From the NCBI GenBank assembly GCA_965153285.1, contig OZ229110.1: a DNA stretch of 64,000 nucleotides, one strand, 5' to 3'. Made by a program: the position numbers and the translations under genes. Under the pieces are notes generated by a model, which was given only the letters and a program-made list of their open reading frames with translations, made no database searches and had not been told where the DNA came from. Below are positions 62,550 to 64,000 of this stretch, piece by piece. Position 1 is the first letter of the stretch. Each line of letters begins with the position of its first letter. Source of the DNA: Podarcis tiliguerta. Lineage: Eukaryota.

Positions 62550-62924
62550 TAGGATTAGAGAACCTCGGGTCTAGGGGCCAAATGTGGCTATCCAGGCCTC
62601 TCTGTAAGCCACGCCCCTGCCCAGGCCACCTTCCAAACACCTCTGGCTCCACTCTGTCCTCAAGTGTTTTTCTCCTGTCAGGGATGTGTCTCTGAACTGT
62701 AATAATGCCTCTGGCTTGTCTAAAGTGAGCAATGTTTGTGTGGGTTGGTGGAAAACACCTGCTAGCGTGGCTAGAATGCAGTCTACTGTACAAAGGTCAA
62801 GAGCACATCCACTGATTGGCTGACTTTTGCTTCTCGCCATAACCACCACTGCCATGGTGGCTGCCAGAAAATTCCCCACAAAAGAATTCAGTCCTGATGT
62901 TGAAAAAGGTTCACCAACCCTTTG
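62550..62924. mobile_element. Degenerate non-autonomous hAT element
   Basis: TAGGATTAGAGAACCT / AGGTTCACCAACCCT degenerate inverted ends with GGGCCAAATGTGGC subterminal motif. Confidence 0.55.
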
Positions 62925-64000
62925 CTAAAACAACAATTCCCACCACCACCCCAAGTTCAGGAAATGTGCAATTTAAGACCTGATTGCATAAAGTTCTTCA
63001 GTGAACACAGCTGATTTGGTCGGAAGTTTTCTTGCAGTCTGGGGCTATGGGCAAATGCTGTTCCTGTGTGGTTTTGGAGACTTGGAGTCATCACTACAAG
63101 TTGCAGTATAGTAGTTGTGAAATGAACGTTGCTCACGATGCAACTGAAAGCATTATTTAAGGCAGGTAAATGTTGCATCCCAGAAAACTAAGCAAGCAAA
63201 CTGTAAGTACCAGAAAGCAGACCCGTACAGAGATTGTCTTATATCCACCTGCTCCCCACCTGCCAGGAAGTCTCCTGGTGGTAGACATGGCTTTAATGAA
63301 GAAATGCACTGCAATGAAAGTATTGAATATATTCCGGCAACAACTAGAATCAAGTGCAAATACTGGAACTAAAGAAGCTGGTTTTCCTACTTGGCATAAA
63401 CACACCTTTGCAAGGGGGTTGCTCAGGCAGCCATTGCAATTTAGCAGTAAAACACAGAAGAGAATGTATGTGGCATATACTGAGAGGAGGTTTAAATGCT
63501 TTTGCATAGATGTGCAATAAGCTCCTATGCACAATAGAAGCTTTTGATAGTTAGGGTTCCCTTTTTTCATCAGATTGTCTTGCAGAGTTGAACATTATGG
63601 AATCATAACCTAGCTTGGAATAGATGAACACATTGTGGATTTATATTAGACACATGGGATTTACTTCAAATGAGAGAGAAGAAAGCCCTGAAAGTTTATT
63701 GGTTTTGTGAACTGCACATTTCCATTTGGTAAGAATGCAAGTTTTTTCAGCATCATTGTCTACAATTTAGCCTCTACAACGGCTGAATCCAAATGCAAGT
63801 CCCACTTTGCCAAAGTGACAGTCTAAGTTTGAAAAAATGTATACTCACTTATTACAGTCCATGTATAAATAGACAAAAAATTCTGAACAAGCACACATTG
63901 TTCAAGAGTAAGAATGTAATAAGAATTCTTCCGGATCAGGCCAATCTGATCTGTTCTCAGTGGCTAACCAGATGCCTACGGGAAGCTCTCAAATAGGACA

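Noticed and set aside
46723-64000. NUMB promoter or CpG island
   Set aside because: The only CpG-rich patches are transposons, so the transcription start is presumably beyond the window end.

Overview
This is vertebrate genomic DNA from a squamate reptile; the Sauria SINE subtypes suggest a lacertid lizard (inference). It carries two convergent, spliced protein-coding genes in the same arrangement as human 14q24. On the + strand are the last 10 coding exons of papilin (PAPLN: Cys-rich repeat, Kunitz domain, His-rich linker, three Ig domains, PLAC; stop at 14323). On the - strand is the complete coding sequence of NUMB (10 coding exons, ATG at 46705, stop at 20927; 655 aa with both cassette exons). 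This includes the 33-nt PTB-insert and 156-nt PRR-insert alternative exons and a ~1.3 kb 3'UTR. All exon phases join in frame. The NUMB promoter and the 5' part of PAPLN were not identified and probably lie outside the window. Introns are rich in transposable elements: four full-length Sauria SINEs with TSDs, Tc1/mariner (Tigger-like) and hAT MITEs, L2/CR1/Penelope remnants, a probable solo LTR, a 5S-derived SINE and two copies of a short Vingi/RTE-like element. There are two assembly gaps. I found no convincing new gene system. The best leads are RNA-level: inverted SINE pairs bracketing NUMB exons, a possible read-through membrane-anchored NUMB tail, the splicing-regulatory cluster at the PRR exon, ribozyme-like relics in retroelements, and the His-rich papilin linker. 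Comparisons to reference sequences and repeat families are from memory, not from searches.
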